Assembly: GCF_057098645.1 (NCBI RefSeq)
Contig: NZ_CM169472.1
Length of the DNA: 64,000 nucleotides
Reading direction: 5' to 3' (one strand)
The translations under genes and the position numbers were made by a program. Of the stretch, positions 26,898-39,898 are shown in pieces (positions within the stretch are counted from its first letter, which is position 1; each line of letters starts with the position of its first letter). A model generated the notes under the pieces. That model worked only from the letters and a program-made list of their open reading frames with translations. It did not search any database and was not told where the DNA came from.

Positions 26898-29800
26898 TTA
26901 TTTCACTGCAAACGCACTTTCCAGTTCGCTGTAGCCCAGGCCGTTGATCTTTTTCACTTTGATCTGCACCGGAATACGCTCTTTCATCGCTTCTACGTGG
27001 CTAATCACACCGATGGTTTTGCCACTGGCGTTCAGGGCATCCAGCGCATCAAGGGCGGTATCCAGCGTTTCGCTATCCAGCGTGCCAAAACCTTCATCAA
27101 GGAACAGCGAGTCAATACGCGTTTTATGGCTGACCAGATCTGAAAGCGCCAGCGCCAGCGCCAGACTGACGAGGAAACTTTCGCCGCCAGAAAGGGTACG
27201 GGTGTCACGTACCGCATCTGCCTGCCAGGTATCAACAACCTCGACTTCCAGCGCTTCGCTGGCTTTGCGCTGTAACAGATAGCGCCCGTGCAGTCGGGTA
27301 AGTTGCTGATTAGCGAGATGGACTAAATTATCCAGCGTCAGCCCCTGGGCAAACTTGCGGAATTTATCGCCCTCTTTGGAACCTATTAGCGAATTCAGAT
27401 ATCCCCAGTCCTCAACCTGCTGCGTCATTTGAGCAATTTGCTGCATTAAGGTTTGTTGTTGCTGACGGTTATCTGCATCCTGCTTCAGCTGCTGGCGAAT
27501 CTCGCCTTGACTCGTGGTGTTTTCACGCAACTTTTGGTGAGTTTGCGCTAACTCTTGCTGAATCTGCTCCACCGTCACAGTGAGAGCCAACCCGTCAGGT
27601 CGGTGTTGCTGATGCTGTGCCAGCGTTTCTGCTGTCTGAGTGACCAGCGTTTGCGCCTGACGGCGCTGGTTTTCCAGATTCTGCTTGAGCTGTTCCAGCT
27701 GCGTTAGTGTTTGTTCATCCATTAGCGCCGCAAGGAACGCCTGCTGATCGTCAAAGACGCTGGCCTGTAGCGCGGTGTCAAACTGCGCCTGGGCTTTTTG
27801 CAGACTTTGCGCCGCCAGAACGTCCTGTTGCTGTAACGTCTGCTGCTGGCTGTGTAATGCGAGACATTGTTCATGTACCTGCCGCCAGTTTTCCAGTACC
27901 ACAGTTTCTTCGCAGTGCGGGAGTTCATCACTTTGCGGCAACGTTTCCAGAATCGGCGTCAGCTGCTGAATACGGTTTTGCAGCGCAGTTAATTCGTTCT
28001 GGCGATGCTGCCAGCTCTGCGCTTCTTGTTGACGTGTCGCCAACCAGCTCTCTTCTTCATCTTCCTGTGGCACTGTCAGTGCATAACCCGCCAATGCCGT
28101 TAAGAGTTGCTGCTGGCGTTGTTCAATTTGCTGTTGATACTGGATAATTTGCTGATTATGCGCGGCAATCTGCCCTTGTAATTCATGCCGTTGGCTGAGT
28201 AACCGCAGCTGGCGTTCGTGCTCATCTTGTGCATCCAGCCACGGTTGAATATCGTCCTGTGGCTGCAACGTGATATTGAGGCTGGCCGTGACGGCTTGCC
28301 ATTGTTGAGTAAGTGCTTGCTCATCTTGTCGGAGGCTTTGCGCTTCGTTTTCATCACGCTGAAGCTGCTTTGTTAAGGCGTCCAGTTGCCCACGTAGCGT
28401 CGCACCTTCTTCACCGAGCTTTTTAACTTCGTTTTCCAGCGCCAGTAATCGAGACTGATTAACACCAGGCTCCAGCGCCTGATACGCCTCGACCGCCGGG
28501 TGGCTGGTGGAACCACAAAGTGGGCAAGGCTGACCCGCCTGTAACTGTGCACGTTGAGCTTCCAGCGTTTTGATGCGCGCTTCCTGCTCGCAAATGGTTT
28601 TGACATCGGCAAGTTGCTGCGTCTTTTCTTTATAACGCTGGCGCATTTCGTTAAGTGCGGCATTACGTTGCGTCTGTTCCAGAGTGACATTCTGGATAGT
28701 GACCATTAACTGCGCCAGACGTTTTTGTTGGGGAACAATCTGCCCATGCAGCGCGACCAGGCGCTGACGCAGTGGGCGTTGCTCGGCATGTTGCGCCAGG
28801 GCGCTAGCAACTTCATCGGCGGTTAACGTCAACGTGATCGCCGCAAGCGTATTAAGTTTTTGCTCAGCATGGGTTAACTGTTGCTGCCATTGCCGCAGAT
28901 GCTCGCGATCGCTGGTTTGTTGGGAGAACTGCGCACGCCAACCCGCCAGTTCGTTGTTCCACTGACGGAAGCGGTCGTGTTCCTGTAACCAGGTATTCAG
29001 GCTTTGTTGCTGCTGCTGTAATTCTGCTGACTGCTTCGCCGCGTGGTGGCGAATGCTCGCGCGAAGCGCCATTGTGCTCTGTAAGCGAGTATTTACTTCT
29101 TCAATCTGCTGGCGAGTATGCGCCAGCGCCGCGCTGTGTTCTGCGATGCGTTCCCAGTGCGGACGAAGATTTCGTGCCGGTTGTGCCAGACTGAGCGCCG
29201 CCAGTTGAGGTTGCGCTTTTTCTTCTTCGGCTAACGCCTGTTGCAAGGCCTGCTGACGGCGGCTGGCTTCTTGCTGCAATTCGTCCAGACGCGTTAACCA
29301 GTTTAGTGATTGTTGTTCTTGCTGCTGCGCGGTAAGTAACAGTTTTTCTTCGTCAGTAAGTACCTGCAAACTCGCTGTCAGCGATTGCACTTGTTCTGGC
29401 GTGAGCAACGCGACGCCGCTGGCCTGTGCTTGCAGCTTCTCCAGCTCAGTGCGGGCCGATTTGTGCTGCTCAAAAACCATCGCCGAGATTTGCCCGTAGA
29501 TTTCAGTGCCAGTTAACTCCTCGAGCAATTCCGCGCGTTCTTTGGGTTTGGCATTCAGGAAGGCAGCAAATTGCCCCTGCGAAAGCAGCATCGAACGGGT
29601 GAAGCGCCCGTAATCCAGCCCGGTTAACGTCGCTGTCAGTTCCAGCTTATCTTTCACTTTGTCGGCGAGAATTTTGCCGTCGGCGCAGCGCGCCAGCTCT
29701 ACGCGTGGCACCTGCAAATTACCGTCGGGTTGGTTACGCGCCCGATTCTGGCTCCAGAACGCGCGATACGCTTCACCTTTCACTTCAAACTCCACCTCCG

Positions 29801-30041
29801 CCAGACATTCAGCGGTATCGCGGGTCATGAGATCATTTTGCGATTGTGAAACGTTAGAGAGACGCGGAGTTTCGTGATACAGCGCCAGACAAATGGCGTC
29901 CAGCAGGGTAGTTTTCCCCGCACCGGTTGGGCCGGTAATGGCAAACAGCCCGTTGCTGGCGAACGGCTCGCGGGTGAAATCAATCTTCCATTCGCCTTTT
30001 AATGAGTTCAGGTTTTTCAGGCGCAGGCTGAGAATTTTCAT
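26898..30041 (-). CDS. sbcC: SbcCD nuclease ATPase subunit SbcC (SMC-like)
   Basis: 1047 aa, N-terminal Walker A (GPTGAGKTT), long Q-rich coiled coil with CxxC zinc hook (CPLCGS), C-terminal signature/Walker B. Confidence 0.93.
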   Translation of the reverse strand: MKILSLRLKNLNSLKGEWKIDFTREPFASNGLFAITGPTGAGKTTLLDAICLALYHETPRLSNVSQSQNDLMTRDTAECLAEVEFEVKGEAYRAFWSQNRARNQPDGNLQVPRVELARCADGKILADKVKDKLELTATLTGLDYGRFTRSMLLSQGQFAAFLNAKPKERAELLEELTGTEIYGQISAMVFEQHKSARTELEKLQAQASGVALLTPEQVQSLTASLQVLTDEEKLLLTAQQQEQQSLNWLTRLDELQQEASRRQQALQQALAEEEKAQPQLAALSLAQPARNLRPHWERIAEHSAALAHTRQQIEEVNTRLQSTMALRASIRHHAAKQSAELQQQQQSLNTWLQEHDRFRQWNNELAGWRAQFSQQTSDREHLRQWQQQLTHAEQKLNTLAAITLTLTADEVASALAQHAEQRPLRQRLVALHGQIVPQQKRLAQLMVTIQNVTLEQTQRNAALNEMRQRYKEKTQQLADVKTICEQEARIKTLEAQRAQLQAGQPCPLCGSTSHPAVEAYQALEPGVNQSRLLALENEVKKLGEEGATLRGQLDALTKQLQRDENEAQSLRQDEQALTQQWQAVTASLNITLQPQDDIQPWLDAQDEHERQLRLLSQRHELQGQIAAHNQQIIQYQQQIEQRQQQLLTALAGYALTVPQEDEEESWLATRQQEAQSWQHRQNELTALQNRIQQLTPILETLPQSDELPHCEETVVLENWRQVHEQCLALHSQQQTLQQQDVLAAQSLQKAQAQFDTALQASVFDDQQAFLAALMDEQTLTQLEQLKQNLENQRRQAQTLVTQTAETLAQHQQHRPDGLALTVTVEQIQQELAQTHQKLRENTTSQGEIRQQLKQDADNRQQQQTLMQQIAQMTQQVEDWGYLNSLIGSKEGDKFRKFAQGLTLDNLVHLANQQLTRLHGRYLLQRKASEALEVEVVDTWQADAVRDTRTLSGGESFLVSLALALALSDLVSHKTRIDSLFLDEGFGTLDSETLDTALDALDALNASGKTIGVISHVEAMKERIPVQIKVKKINGLGYSELESAFAVK

Positions 30042-31240
30042 GCTTCGGATTCTCCGGCGAGGGTATGCAACGTCGTGGTGAAAAGATGCTGCAGACGTTG
30101 CTGCTGCGATTCCTCCAGTTCTTCCAGTGCCAGACGGCGATTGAACACCTCTTCGACGCTGAGTTCGCTGAGGGTTTCACGCTGTTGGCTGGCTAACACA
30201 CGCTCGCGCTGTTCACGACTCCGGCGTACCAGCAATACTTCAACAGGCAATGATTCGGTTAATGCCTGGATTTTGCGCTGAATATCATGCAGATACTCAT
30301 CAGTAGTGATTTCGATATCCAGCCAGACAGGCGGCTCCTGTGATACATCGCGCCACTGTTCCAGCTGTGCGGTAATCGACGCCAGATCGCCTTTCAGCAC
30401 CGCCATGGGTTGCGTTACCGGTACGTTCAGGTTTTCCACGCTCTCTAATTTGCCGTTTGAAAATGTCACCAGATGGACATATTTACTCTTTCCGCATTCA
30501 TCAAAACTCAGTGGAATGGGGGAGCCGCAATAGCGAACATGTTCCATGCCGCCAATAATCTGTGCGCGGTGAATATGCCCGAGCGCGATGTAGTCGGCTG
30601 GTGGAAAGTTTTGTGCCGGAAACGCGTCCAGCGTGCCAATATAAATGTCACGCACGGCGTCACTTTTACTGGCCCCCACGGTCGTTAAATGTCCCGTGGC
30701 GATGATGGGCAGAGGCTGATCGCCGCGCAGTTTGCAGGCATCGGCATAGTGTTGTTGGTAATAATCGGTAATCGCTGCCAGTAAATGCTGCTGTTTTTCA
30801 ATACCGTTAAGCCCCGCCTGGCTGGTAATAATGTCACGCGGACGTAAAAACGGAATGGGGCACAGCACGGCGCCTGGCGTCCCGTCGCGACGAGGCAAGA
30901 TTTGCGGCGCATGTCCGGCGCTGGCGACCACGGTAGTATTGAGGAACGCCATGATATCGCGCGATTCATTCAGCGTGGCGACCGAGTCATGGTTTCCTGC
31001 CAGTACCACCAGATGACAGCCAGTTTGCTGTAAATTGACAACAAAACGGTTGTATAACGTGCGGGCGTAACTGGGCGGCGAGCCGGTATCGAAAACATCA
31101 CCAGCAACAATAATCGCATCCACCTGATGGGTTTGTGCTGTTTCCAGCAGCCAGTCAAGAAAAGCCTGATGTTCAGCTTCGCGGCTTTTACTGTAGAAGT
31201 TCTGGCCGAGATGCCAGTCTGAGGTGTGAAGGATGCGCAT
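30038..31240 (-). CDS. sbcD: SbcCD nuclease subunit SbcD (Mre11-like phosphoesterase)
   Basis: Start at [12 protein letters not shown]... (400 aa); 4-bp overlap with sbcC. Confidence 0.93.
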   Translation of the reverse strand: MRILHTSDWHLGQNFYSKSREAEHQAFLDWLLETAQTHQVDAIIVAGDVFDTGSPPSYARTLYNRFVVNLQQTGCHLVVLAGNHDSVATLNESRDIMAFLNTTVVASAGHAPQILPRRDGTPGAVLCPIPFLRPRDIITSQAGLNGIEKQQHLLAAITDYYQQHYADACKLRGDQPLPIIATGHLTTVGASKSDAVRDIYIGTLDAFPAQNFPPADYIALGHIHRAQIIGGMEHVRYCGSPIPLSFDECGKSKYVHLVTFSNGKLESVENLNVPVTQPMAVLKGDLASITAQLEQWRDVSQEPPVWLDIEITTDEYLHDIQRKIQALTESLPVEVLLVRRSREQRERVLASQQRETLSELSVEEVFNRRLALEELEESQQQRLQHLFTTTLHTLAGESEA

Positions 31241-31349
31241 AACGGTTCCCTGGCGAAAAAGCATGGGCGCGATTATACCCAAACAGATGTGCCATTTGCT
31301 TTTTTCTGCGCCACGGAAATCAATAACCTGAAGATATGTGCGACGAGCT

Positions 31350-31378
31350 TTTCATAAATCTGTCATAAATCTGACGCA
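31350..31378 (+). promoter_or_regulatory. Pho box region of the phoB promoter
   Basis: TTTTCATAAATCTGTCATAAATCTGACGC: tandem CTGTCAT-like heptads with AAAT spacers. Confidence 0.8.
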
Positions 31379-31429
31379 TAATGACGTCGCATTAATGATC
31401 GCAACCTATTTATTACAACAGGGCAAATC

Positions 31430-32119
31430 ATGGCGAGACGTATTCTGGTCGTAGAAGATGAAGCTCCAATTCGCGAAATGGTCTGCTTCGTGCTCGAACA
31501 AAATGGCTTTCAGCCGGTCGAAGCGGAAGATTATGACAGTGCTGTGAATCAACTGAATGAACCCTGGCCGGATTTAATTCTCCTTGACTGGATGTTACCT
31601 GGCGGCTCCGGTATCCAGTTCATCAAACACCTCAAGCGCGAGTCGATGACCCGGGATATTCCAGTGGTGATGTTGACCGCCAGAGGGGAAGAAGAAGATC
31701 GCGTGCGCGGCCTTGAAACCGGCGCGGATGACTATATCACCAAGCCGTTTTCGCCGAAGGAGCTGGTGGCGCGAATCAAAGCGGTAATGCGCCGTATTTC
31801 GCCAATGGCGGTGGAAGAGGTGATTGAGATGCAGGGATTAAGTCTCGACCCGACATCTCACCGGGTGATGGCGGGCGAAGAGCCGCTGGAGATGGGGCCG
31901 ACAGAATTTAAACTGCTGCACTTTTTTATGACGCATCCTGAACGCGTGTACAGCCGCGAGCAGCTGTTAAACCACGTCTGGGGAACTAACGTGTATGTGG
32001 AAGACCGCACGGTCGATGTCCACATTCGTCGCCTGCGTAAAGCACTGGAGCCCGGCGGGCATGACCGCATGGTGCAGACCGTGCGCGGTACAGGATATCG
32101 TTTTTCAACCCGCTTTTAA
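31430..32119 (+). CDS. phoB: Phosphate regulon response regulator
   Basis: 229 aa, [17 protein letters not shown]..., receiver plus winged-helix domains. Confidence 0.95.
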
Positions 32120-32176
32120 CGCCTTGCTCATCGGACGCAGAGCAGGGCTTATGATTTCTTAACTGGAGTATCTTAC

Positions 32177-33472
32177 GTGCTGGAACGGCTGTCGTGGAAA
32201 AGGCTGGTGCTGGAGCTGCTACTTTGCTGCCTCCCGGCTTTCATCCTGGGTGCATTTTTTGGTTACCTGCCCTGGTTTTTGCTGGCATCGGTAACGGGAC
32301 TGCTTATCTGGCATTTCTGGAATTTATTGCGCCTTTCATGGTGGCTGTGGGTGGATCGTAGTATGACCCCGCCACCGGGGCGTGGTAGCTGGGAACCGCT
32401 ACTATACGGCTTACACCAGATGCAGCTGCGAAATAAAAAACGCCGCCGTGAACTGGGCAATCTGATTAAACGCTTTCGTAGCGGCGCGGAGTCGCTGCCC
32501 GACGCAGTGGTGCTGACCACGGAAGAGGGCGGTATTTTCTGGTGTAACGGTCTGGCGCAACAGATTCTTGGTTTGCGCTGGCCGGAAGATAACGGGCAGA
32601 ACATCCTTAACCTGCTGCGTTACCCGGAGTTTACGCAATATCTGAAAACGCGTGATTTTTCTCGCCCGCTCAATCTGGTGCTCAACACCGGGCGGCATCT
32701 CGAAATTCGCGTCATGCCTTATACCCACAAACAGTTGCTGATGGTGGCGCGTGATGTCACGCAAATGCATCAACTGGAAGGCGCGCGGCGCAACTTTTTT
32801 GCCAACGTGAGCCATGAGTTACGTACGCCATTGACCGTGTTACAGGGTTACCTGGAGATGATGGATGAGCAGCCGCTGGAAGGCGCGGTACGCGAAAAAG
32901 CGTTGCACACCATGCGCGAGCAGACCCAGCGGATGGAAGGGTTGGTGAAGCAATTGCTGACGCTGTCGAAAATAGAAGCCGCACCGACGCATTTGCTCAA
33001 TGAAAAGGTTGATGTGCCGATGATGCTGCGCGTTGTTGAGCGTGAGGCTCAGACTCTGAGTCAGAAAAAACAGACATTTACCTTTGAGATAGATAACGGC
33101 CTCAAGGTGTCTGGCAACGAAGATCAGCTACGCAGTGCGATTTCGAACCTGGTCTATAACGCCGTGAATCATACTCCAGAAGGCACGCATATCACCGTAC
33201 GCTGGCAGCGAGTGCCGCACGGTGCCGAATTTAGCGTTGAAGATAACGGACCGGGCATTGCACCGGAGCATATTCCGCGCCTGACCGAGCGTTTTTATCG
33301 CGTTGATAAAGCGCGTTCCCGGCAAACCGGCGGTAGCGGATTAGGGTTAGCGATCGTGAAACATGCGGTGAATCATCACGAAAGTCGCCTGAATATTGAG
33401 AGTACAGTAGGAAAAGGAACACGTTTCAGTTTTGTTATCCCGGAACGTTTAATTGCCAAAAACAGCGATTAA
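32177..33472 (+). CDS. phoR: Phosphate regulon sensor histidine kinase
   Basis: 431 aa, membrane anchor, PAS, H-box (SHELRTPLT), ATPase domain. Confidence 0.95.
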   Translation: MLERLSWKRLVLELLLCCLPAFILGAFFGYLPWFLLASVTGLLIWHFWNLLRLSWWLWVDRSMTPPPGRGSWEPLLYGLHQMQLRNKKRRRELGNLIKRFRSGAESLPDAVVLTTEEGGIFWCNGLAQQILGLRWPEDNGQNILNLLRYPEFTQYLKTRDFSRPLNLVLNTGRHLEIRVMPYTHKQLLMVARDVTQMHQLEGARRNFFANVSHELRTPLTVLQGYLEMMDEQPLEGAVREKALHTMREQTQRMEGLVKQLLTLSKIEAAPTHLLNEKVDVPMMLRVVEREAQTLSQKKQTFTFEIDNGLKVSGNEDQLRSAISNLVYNAVNHTPEGTHITVRWQRVPHGAEFSVEDNGPGIAPEHIPRLTERFYRVDKARSRQTGGSGLGLAIVKHAVNHHESRLNIESTVGKGTRFSFVIPERLIAKNSD

Positions 33473-33878
33473 TCCGCCTTTGTCATCTTTTATTGCCATA
33501 AGCCAGTCGATGCTGGCTTATTTTCTTTGCAGTCAAAATACGGGCGTTAGATTTTACAACGGTTGGTGATTTTTTGTTCGCATGATTAGCCATGTCTTTT
33601 TCACGGAAATAGTGTTTTATACTGGTTGGTGATTTCTTATCGCTATATACCTCTGGTTTTTAGATCCCTCCTTGCTTTAAAACGTTATAAGCGTTTAAAT
33701 TGCGCTTCAGGTGCTGTCATACTGACTGCATTAACGCGGTAAATCGAAAAACTATTCTTCGCCGCGCCTGGTTGGGAGTATTTCCCGCTAAAATTGTTTA
33801 AATATACCGCTGTATCATCCCCAGGGATTGGCACAAAAATTTAACGTTACAACACCACATCCACAGGCAGTATGATTT

Positions 33879-35198
33879 ATGACCCATCAATTAAGATCGC
33901 GCGATATCATCGCTCTGGGCTTTATGACATTTGCGTTGTTCGTCGGCGCAGGTAACATTATTTTTCCTCCAATGGTCGGCTTACAGGCAGGCGAACACGT
34001 CTGGACTGCGGCATTCGGCTTCCTCATTACTGCCGTTGGTCTGCCGGTATTAACGGTAGTGGCGCTGGCAAAAGTTGGCGGCGGTGTTGACAGCCTCAGC
34101 ACGCCAATCGGTAAAGTCGCTGGCGTACTGCTGGCAACGGTTTGTTACCTGGCGGTGGGGCCGCTTTTCGCTACGCCGCGTACAGCTACCGTTTCTTTTG
34201 AAGTGGGGATTGCGCCGCTGACGGGTGATTCCGCGCTGCCGCTGTTTATCTACAGCCTGGTCTATTTCGCTATCGTTATTCTGGTTTCGCTCTATCCGGG
34301 CAAGCTGCTGGATACCGTGGGCAACTTCCTTGCGCCGCTGAAAATTATCGCGCTGGTCATCCTGTCTGTTGCCGCGATTGTCTGGCCGGCGGGTTCTATC
34401 AGCACGGCGACTGAGGCTTATCAAAACGCTGCGTTTTCTAACGGCTTCGTTAACGGCTATCTGACCATGGATACGCTGGGCGCAATGGTGTTTGGTATCG
34501 TTATTGTTAACGCGGCGCGTTCTCGTGGCGTTACCGAAGCGCGTCTGCTGACCCGTTATACCGTCTGGGCTGGCCTGATGGCGGGTGTTGGTCTGACTCT
34601 GCTGTACCTGGCGCTGTTCCGTCTGGGTTCAGACAGCGCGTCGCTGGTCGATCAGTCTGCAAACGGCGCTGCTATTCTGCATGCTTACGTTCAGCACACC
34701 TTTGGCGGCGGCGGTAGCTTCCTGCTGGCGGCGTTAATCTTCATCGCCTGCCTGGTAACGGCAGTTGGCCTGACCTGTGCTTGTGCAGAATTCTTTGCCC
34801 AGTACGTACCGCTCTCTTATCGTACGCTGGTGTTTATCCTCGGCGGCTTCTCGATGGTGGTTTCTAACCTCGGCTTAAGCCAGCTGATTCAGATCTCCGT
34901 ACCGGTGCTGACCGCTATTTATCCGCCGTGTATCGCACTGGTTGTATTAAGTTTTACACGCTCATGGTGGCATAATTCGTCCCGCGTGATTGCTCCGCCG
35001 ATGTTTATCAGCCTGCTTTTTGGTATTCTCGACGGGATCAAAGCATCTGCATTCAGCGATATCTTACCGTCCTGGGCGCAGCGTTTACCGCTGGCCGAAC
35101 AAGGTCTGGCGTGGTTAATGCCAACAGTGGTGATGGTGGTTCTGGCCATTATCTGGGATCGCGCGGCAGGTCGTCAGGTGACCTCCAGCGCTCACTAA
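33879..35198 (+). CDS. brnQ: Branched-chain amino acid transporter (LIVCS family)
   Basis: 439 aa polytopic membrane protein, [21 protein letters not shown]... Confidence 0.92.
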   Translation: MTHQLRSRDIIALGFMTFALFVGAGNIIFPPMVGLQAGEHVWTAAFGFLITAVGLPVLTVVALAKVGGGVDSLSTPIGKVAGVLLATVCYLAVGPLFATPRTATVSFEVGIAPLTGDSALPLFIYSLVYFAIVILVSLYPGKLLDTVGNFLAPLKIIALVILSVAAIVWPAGSISTATEAYQNAAFSNGFVNGYLTMDTLGAMVFGIVIVNAARSRGVTEARLLTRYTVWAGLMAGVGLTLLYLALFRLGSDSASLVDQSANGAAILHAYVQHTFGGGGSFLLAALIFIACLVTAVGLTCACAEFFAQYVPLSYRTLVFILGGFSMVVSNLGLSQLIQISVPVLTAIYPPCIALVVLSFTRSWWHNSSRVIAPPMFISLLFGILDGIKASAFSDILPSWAQRLPLAEQGLAWLMPTVVMVVLAIIWDRAAGRQVTSSAH

Positions 35199-35273
35199 AT
35201 CACTGAACATTTGTTTTAACCACGGGGCTGCGATGCCCCGTGGTTTTTTATTGTGTTGATGGGTTAGGAATTG

Positions 35274-36647
35274 ATGGAAAGTAAGAACAAGCTAAAGCGT
35301 GGGCTAAGTACCCGCCACATACGCTTTATGGCACTGGGTTCAGCAATTGGCACCGGGCTGTTTTACGGTTCGGCAGATGCCATCAAAATGGCCGGTCCGA
35401 GCGTGTTGTTGGCCTATATTATCGGTGGTATCGCGGCGTATATCATTATGCGTGCGCTGGGGGAAATGTCGGTACATAACCCGGCAGCCAGCTCTTTCTC
35501 GCGTTATGCGCAGGAAAACCTCGGACCGCTGGCAGGTTACATTACCGGCTGGACCTACTGCTTTGAAATCCTAATTGTCGCCATCGCCGATGTGACCGCT
35601 TTTGGTATCTATATGGGTGTCTGGTTCCCGACGGTGCCGCACTGGATTTGGGTACTGAGCGTGGTGCTGATCATTTGCGCCGTAAACCTGATGAGCGTGA
35701 AGGTCTTCGGGGAGCTGGAATTCTGGTTCTCGTTCTTTAAAGTCGCCACCATCATCATCATGATTGTCGCTGGTTTCGGCATCATCATCTGGGGGATTGG
35801 CAACGGCGGGCAACCGACCGGTATTCATAACCTGTGGAGCAACGGCGGCTTCTTCAGTAACGGCTGGCTTGGCATGGTAATGTCGTTGCAAATGGTGATG
35901 TTTGCTTACGGTGGGATCGAAATTATCGGGATTACCGCCGGTGAAGCGAAAGATCCTGAGAAATCGATACCGCGTGCGATTAACTCCGTGCCGATGCGTA
36001 TTCTGGTGTTCTACGTCGGTACGCTGTTCGTCATTATGTCTATCTACCCGTGGAATCAGGTTGGCACTGCCGGTAGCCCGTTCGTGCTGACGTTCCAGCA
36101 TATGGGCATTACCTTTGCCGCCAGCATTCTTAACTTTGTTGTGCTGACTGCTTCGCTGTCGGCAATTAACAGTGACGTATTTGGCGTAGGCCGTATGCTC
36201 CACGGTATGGCAGAGCAGGGCAGCGCGCCGAAAATTTTCAGCAAAACGTCGCGTCGCGGTATTCCGTGGGTTACGGTGCTGGTGATGACTACCGCGCTGC
36301 TGTTTGCGGTGTATCTGAACTACATCATGCCGGAAAACGTCTTCCTGGTGATCGCTTCGCTGGCAACCTTCGCCACGGTATGGGTGTGGATTATGATCCT
36401 GCTGTCGCAAATCGCCTTCCGTCGCCGTTTGCCGCCAGAAGAAGTTAAGGCGCTGAAATTTAAAGTGCCGGGTGGGGTAGCAACGACCATCGGCGGGCTG
36501 ATTTTCCTGCTCTTTATTATCGGGTTGATTGGTTATCACCCGGATACGCGTATCTCGCTGTATGTCGGTTTCGCGTGGATTGTTGTGCTGTTGATTGGCT
36601 GGATGTTTAAGCGTCGCCACGATCGTCAGCTGGCTGAAAACCAGTAA
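35274..36647 (+). CDS. proY: Proline-specific permease (APC family)
   Basis: Start at [32 protein letters not shown]... (457 aa). Confidence 0.92.
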   Translation: MESKNKLKRGLSTRHIRFMALGSAIGTGLFYGSADAIKMAGPSVLLAYIIGGIAAYIIMRALGEMSVHNPAASSFSRYAQENLGPLAGYITGWTYCFEILIVAIADVTAFGIYMGVWFPTVPHWIWVLSVVLIICAVNLMSVKVFGELEFWFSFFKVATIIIMIVAGFGIIIWGIGNGGQPTGIHNLWSNGGFFSNGWLGMVMSLQMVMFAYGGIEIIGITAGEAKDPEKSIPRAINSVPMRILVFYVGTLFVIMSIYPWNQVGTAGSPFVLTFQHMGITFAASILNFVVLTASLSAINSDVFGVGRMLHGMAEQGSAPKIFSKTSRRGIPWVTVLVMTTALLFAVYLNYIMPENVFLVIASLATFATVWVWIMILLSQIAFRRRLPPEEVKALKFKVPGGVATTIGGLIFLLFIIGLIGYHPDTRISLYVGFAWIVVLLIGWMFKRRHDRQLAENQ

Positions 36648-36805
36648 TCCTTGCGTTCTGTAAGCCGGTTCAGGAGGAAATCCTGATCCGGCTATTCCGA
36701 AAGTTATCCGCCCCCGTCCTCCTCCCCCAAATATCCTTCAGATGATGAGTGATCCTGCATTAGGCTATGGCAAGGTGATCAGATTTTCATCACAGGGGAA
36801 TTATG

Positions 36806-38620
36806 ATGTTAAATGCATGGCACCTGCCGGTGCCCCCATTTGTTAAACAAAGCAAAGATCAACTGCTCATTACACTGTGGCTGACGGGCGAAGACCCACC
36901 GCAGCGCATTATGCTGCGTACAGAACACGATAACGAAGAAATGTCAGTACCGATGCATAAGCAGCGCAGTCAGCCGCAGCCTGGTGTCACCGCATGGCGG
37001 GCGGCGATCGATCTCTCCAGCGGACAACCCCGGCGGCGTTATAGTTTCAAATTGCTTTGGCACGATCGCCAGCGTTGGTTTACACCGCAAGGCTTCAGCC
37101 GAATGCCGCCGGCACGACTGGAGCAGTTTGCCATCGATGTACCGGATATCGGTTCACAATGGGCTGCGGATCAGATTTTTTATCAGATCTTCCCTGATCG
37201 TTTCGCCCGTAGTCTTCCTCGTGAAGCTGAACAGGATCATGTCTATTACCATCACGCAGCCGGACAAGAGATCATATTGCGTGACTGGGATGAACCGGTC
37301 ACGGCGCAGGCGGGCGGATCAACGTTCTATGGCGGCGATCTGGACGGGATAAGCGAAAAACTGCCGTATCTGAAAAAACTTGGCGTGACGGCGTTGTATC
37401 TCAATCCGGTGTTTAAAGCTCCCAGCGTACATAAATACGATACCGAGGATTATCGCCATGTCGATCCGCAGTTTGGCGGTGATGGGGCGTTGCTGCGTTT
37501 GCGACACAATACGCAGCAGCTGGGAATGCGGCTGGTGCTGGACGGCGTGTTTAACCACAGTGGCGATTCCCATGCCTGGTTTGACAGGCACAATCGTGGC
37601 ACGGGGGGAGCTTGTCACAACCCCGAATCGCCCTGGCGCGACTGGTACTCGTTTAGTGATGATGGCACGGCGCTCGACTGGCTTGGCTATGCCAGCTTGC
37701 CGAAGCTGGATTATCAGTCGGAAAGTCTGGTGAATGAAATTTATCGCGGGGAAGACAGTATTGTCCGCCACTGGCTGAAAGCGCCGTGGAATATGGACGG
37801 CTGGCGGCTGGATGTGGTGCATATGCTGGGGGAAGCGGGTGGGGCGCGCAATAATTTGCAGCACGTAGCCGGGATCACCGAAGCGGCGAAAGAAACCCAG
37901 CCGGAAGCGTATATAGTTGGAGAGCATTTTGGCGATGCACGGCAATGGTTACAGGCCGATGTGGAAGATGCCGCCATGAACTATCGCGGCTTCACATTCC
38001 CGTTGTGGGGATTTCTTGCCAATACCGACATCTCTTACGATCCGCAGCAAATTGACGCCCAAACCTGTATGGCCTGGATGGATAATTACCGCGCAGGGCT
38101 TTCTCATCAACAGCAACTGCGTATGTTTAATCAGCTCGACAGCCACGATACTGCGCGATTTAAAACGCTACTCGGTCGGGAGGTTGCGCGCCTGCCCCTG
38201 GCAGTGGTCTGGCTGTTCACCTGGCCTGGTGTACCGTGCATTTATTACGGTGATGAAGTGGGACTGGATGGCAAAAATGATCCGTTTTGCCGTAAGCCGT
38301 TCCCCTGGCAGGTGGAAAAACAGGATATGGCGTTATTCGCGTTGTACCAGCGAATGATTGCGCTGCGTAAGAAAAGTCAGGCGCTGCGTCGTGGCGGCTG
38401 TCAGGTGCTGTATGCGGAAGATAACGTGGTGGTATTTGTCCGCGTGCTGAATCAGCAGCGTGTACTGGTGGCAATTAACCGTGGCGAAGCCTGTGAAGTG
38501 GTGCTACCCGCGTCACCGTTTCTTAATGTCGTGCAATGGCAACGCAAAGAAGGCCATGGGCAACTGACAGACGGGATTCTGGCTTTGCCTGCCATTTCGG
38601 CTACGGTGTGGATGAACTAA
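36806..38620 (+). CDS. malZ: Maltodextrin glucosidase
   Basis: 604 aa from [12 protein letters not shown]...; GH13 alpha-amylase family; ORF-track start at 36803 is an equally possible adjacent ATG. Confidence 0.92.
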   Translation: MLNAWHLPVPPFVKQSKDQLLITLWLTGEDPPQRIMLRTEHDNEEMSVPMHKQRSQPQPGVTAWRAAIDLSSGQPRRRYSFKLLWHDRQRWFTPQGFSRMPPARLEQFAIDVPDIGSQWAADQIFYQIFPDRFARSLPREAEQDHVYYHHAAGQEIILRDWDEPVTAQAGGSTFYGGDLDGISEKLPYLKKLGVTALYLNPVFKAPSVHKYDTEDYRHVDPQFGGDGALLRLRHNTQQLGMRLVLDGVFNHSGDSHAWFDRHNRGTGGACHNPESPWRDWYSFSDDGTALDWLGYASLPKLDYQSESLVNEIYRGEDSIVRHWLKAPWNMDGWRLDVVHMLGEAGGARNNLQHVAGITEAAKETQPEAYIVGEHFGDARQWLQADVEDAAMNYRGFTFPLWGFLANTDISYDPQQIDAQTCMAWMDNYRAGLSHQQQLRMFNQLDSHDTARFKTLLGREVARLPLAVVWLFTWPGVPCIYYGDEVGLDGKNDPFCRKPFPWQVEKQDMALFALYQRMIALRKKSQALRRGGCQVLYAEDNVVVFVRVLNQQRVLVAINRGEACEVVLPASPFLNVVQWQRKEGHGQLTDGILALPAISATVWMN

Positions 38621-38653
38621 AGCATCTGTTTTATTTGTTACGTCGTTAGTCAC

Positions 38654-38701
38654 CAGCCCTGACACTACGCAGCGCAAAAAAGCTGCTCAATGTCAGGGCT
38701 G
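38654..38701 (+). terminator. Long stem-loop downstream of malZ (putative terminator / islet boundary)
   Basis: cagccctgaca ... tgtcagggctg 11-bp perfect stem with a structured 26-nt loop, followed by AT-rich sequence. Confidence 0.45.
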
Positions 38702-38807
38702 AATTTGTTAAATATTTGTCCCGATCGATATGAGCGATTTTTGGTATTGTTTGCCCATGATGTTATGTACAACATGCTCCAGGATAACCCTGTAGTGGAG
38801 CAAAGAT

Positions 38808-39866
38808 ATGACAATTTCAAATTCGAATTTATTAAAACCGTTTATTACTGGTTCTAAGTTGCTACCTTTTAAGGATGATGTCTTTTCTAAAACAGAAGAA
38901 CAATTTAAAAAAGCCCCCATGGCAAATCGCTTTTCATTTCCGGAAATGAAAACTTAGTAAACATTTCAGCGGAAAAAATCGATGAAATAAAAAATAGCAA
39001 AAATTTCTTTTCAAACATTGTAAATATAATAATTTTACTCATTAAGCATCCTGATAAAATTCTGCCTATTCTTCATGGTTGTCCTGCAGAGCCCATCGAA
39101 TTCATTAAGAATGCGAAACGAACGGGGCAATGGTCATATGAGATGACTGATAAGTACGGGCAGAGTATTGAAGTGTCCTATATTTTCACTGATACCATAG
39201 ATAATAAATCTGATGGAAAATTATGCTTAAAAATCTGTAACTCCTGCAACCAAAATGATTCTAGTACACATGAATATAAAATAGATCATCAACAGTTGAA
39301 AAATCACATAAAGCAACTTGAGGAGTGGGCTCTTCTTGAAAAGTTTTATGATAACAACGCTTATTATTCTAAACGTACAAAACAATTAGAGAAGAAAATT
39401 ACCGATGCGGGGTTTATAACAGGGAAGGTTAATGCCGAGAAGTTTAATGTAAAAGAGTTTAAAGACGATATAACCTCGATGCTTTGTGAACAGCCGCCCC
39501 TGCGTACACACCAGATTTCTTCATCCGGATACGTATCTGCAGATAAACTGCCCAAACTCTATGAGTTAAATTTGAAAGACGCGCAGAGAGATCTTAAAAC
39601 AACACCGGTTGACATCGATGGTGTCAGTTTAAAATTTAAAACTCGGGAAAGAATTGCAGAAGAAATTGCGAAAAAAACTGCGGGAAAAACTGCGGAAAAA
39701 AATTCGGAAATAATTGCGAAACAAAATGCGAATAGCATTGAGGAGAAGAATATTGAAAAAAAACAAGAAAGAAACAAATCCTGAAGATAATTTTGTCTTA
39801 AAATTCTCACAGGAAGAAATCAATGAGATGCTCCTGGATTACAGCGACGAAGAACAAAAAAATTAA
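38808..39866 (+). pseudogene. Accessory gene interrupted by two frameshifts at homopolymer tracts (would encode about 350 aa)
   Basis: ATG at 38808 with GGAG SD starts MTISNSNLLKPFITGSKLLPF... (frame 0). Reading continues without stop in frame 2 after the A6-G-C5 tract at 38907-38918, through the ORF-track 213-aa segment (39143-39784). It returns to frame 0 after the A8 tract at 39754-39761 and ends at 39866 (...FSQEEINEMLLDYSDEEQKN). Confidence 0.6.
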
Positions 39867-39898
39867 GACCTTTTTTCACTAGTGATCACATCTATTGT

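Noticed and set aside
35571-36620. 349-aa ORF antisense to proY
   Set aside because: Entirely within proY; the translated product is low-complexity (His/Arg/Gln-rich), typical of a spurious antisense frame in a GC-rich membrane-protein gene
36648-36805. MalT boxes in the malZ promoter
   Set aside because: GGAGGA-like hexamers are present (for example 36673-36678) but I could not confidently match the full MalT box consensus and spacing by eye
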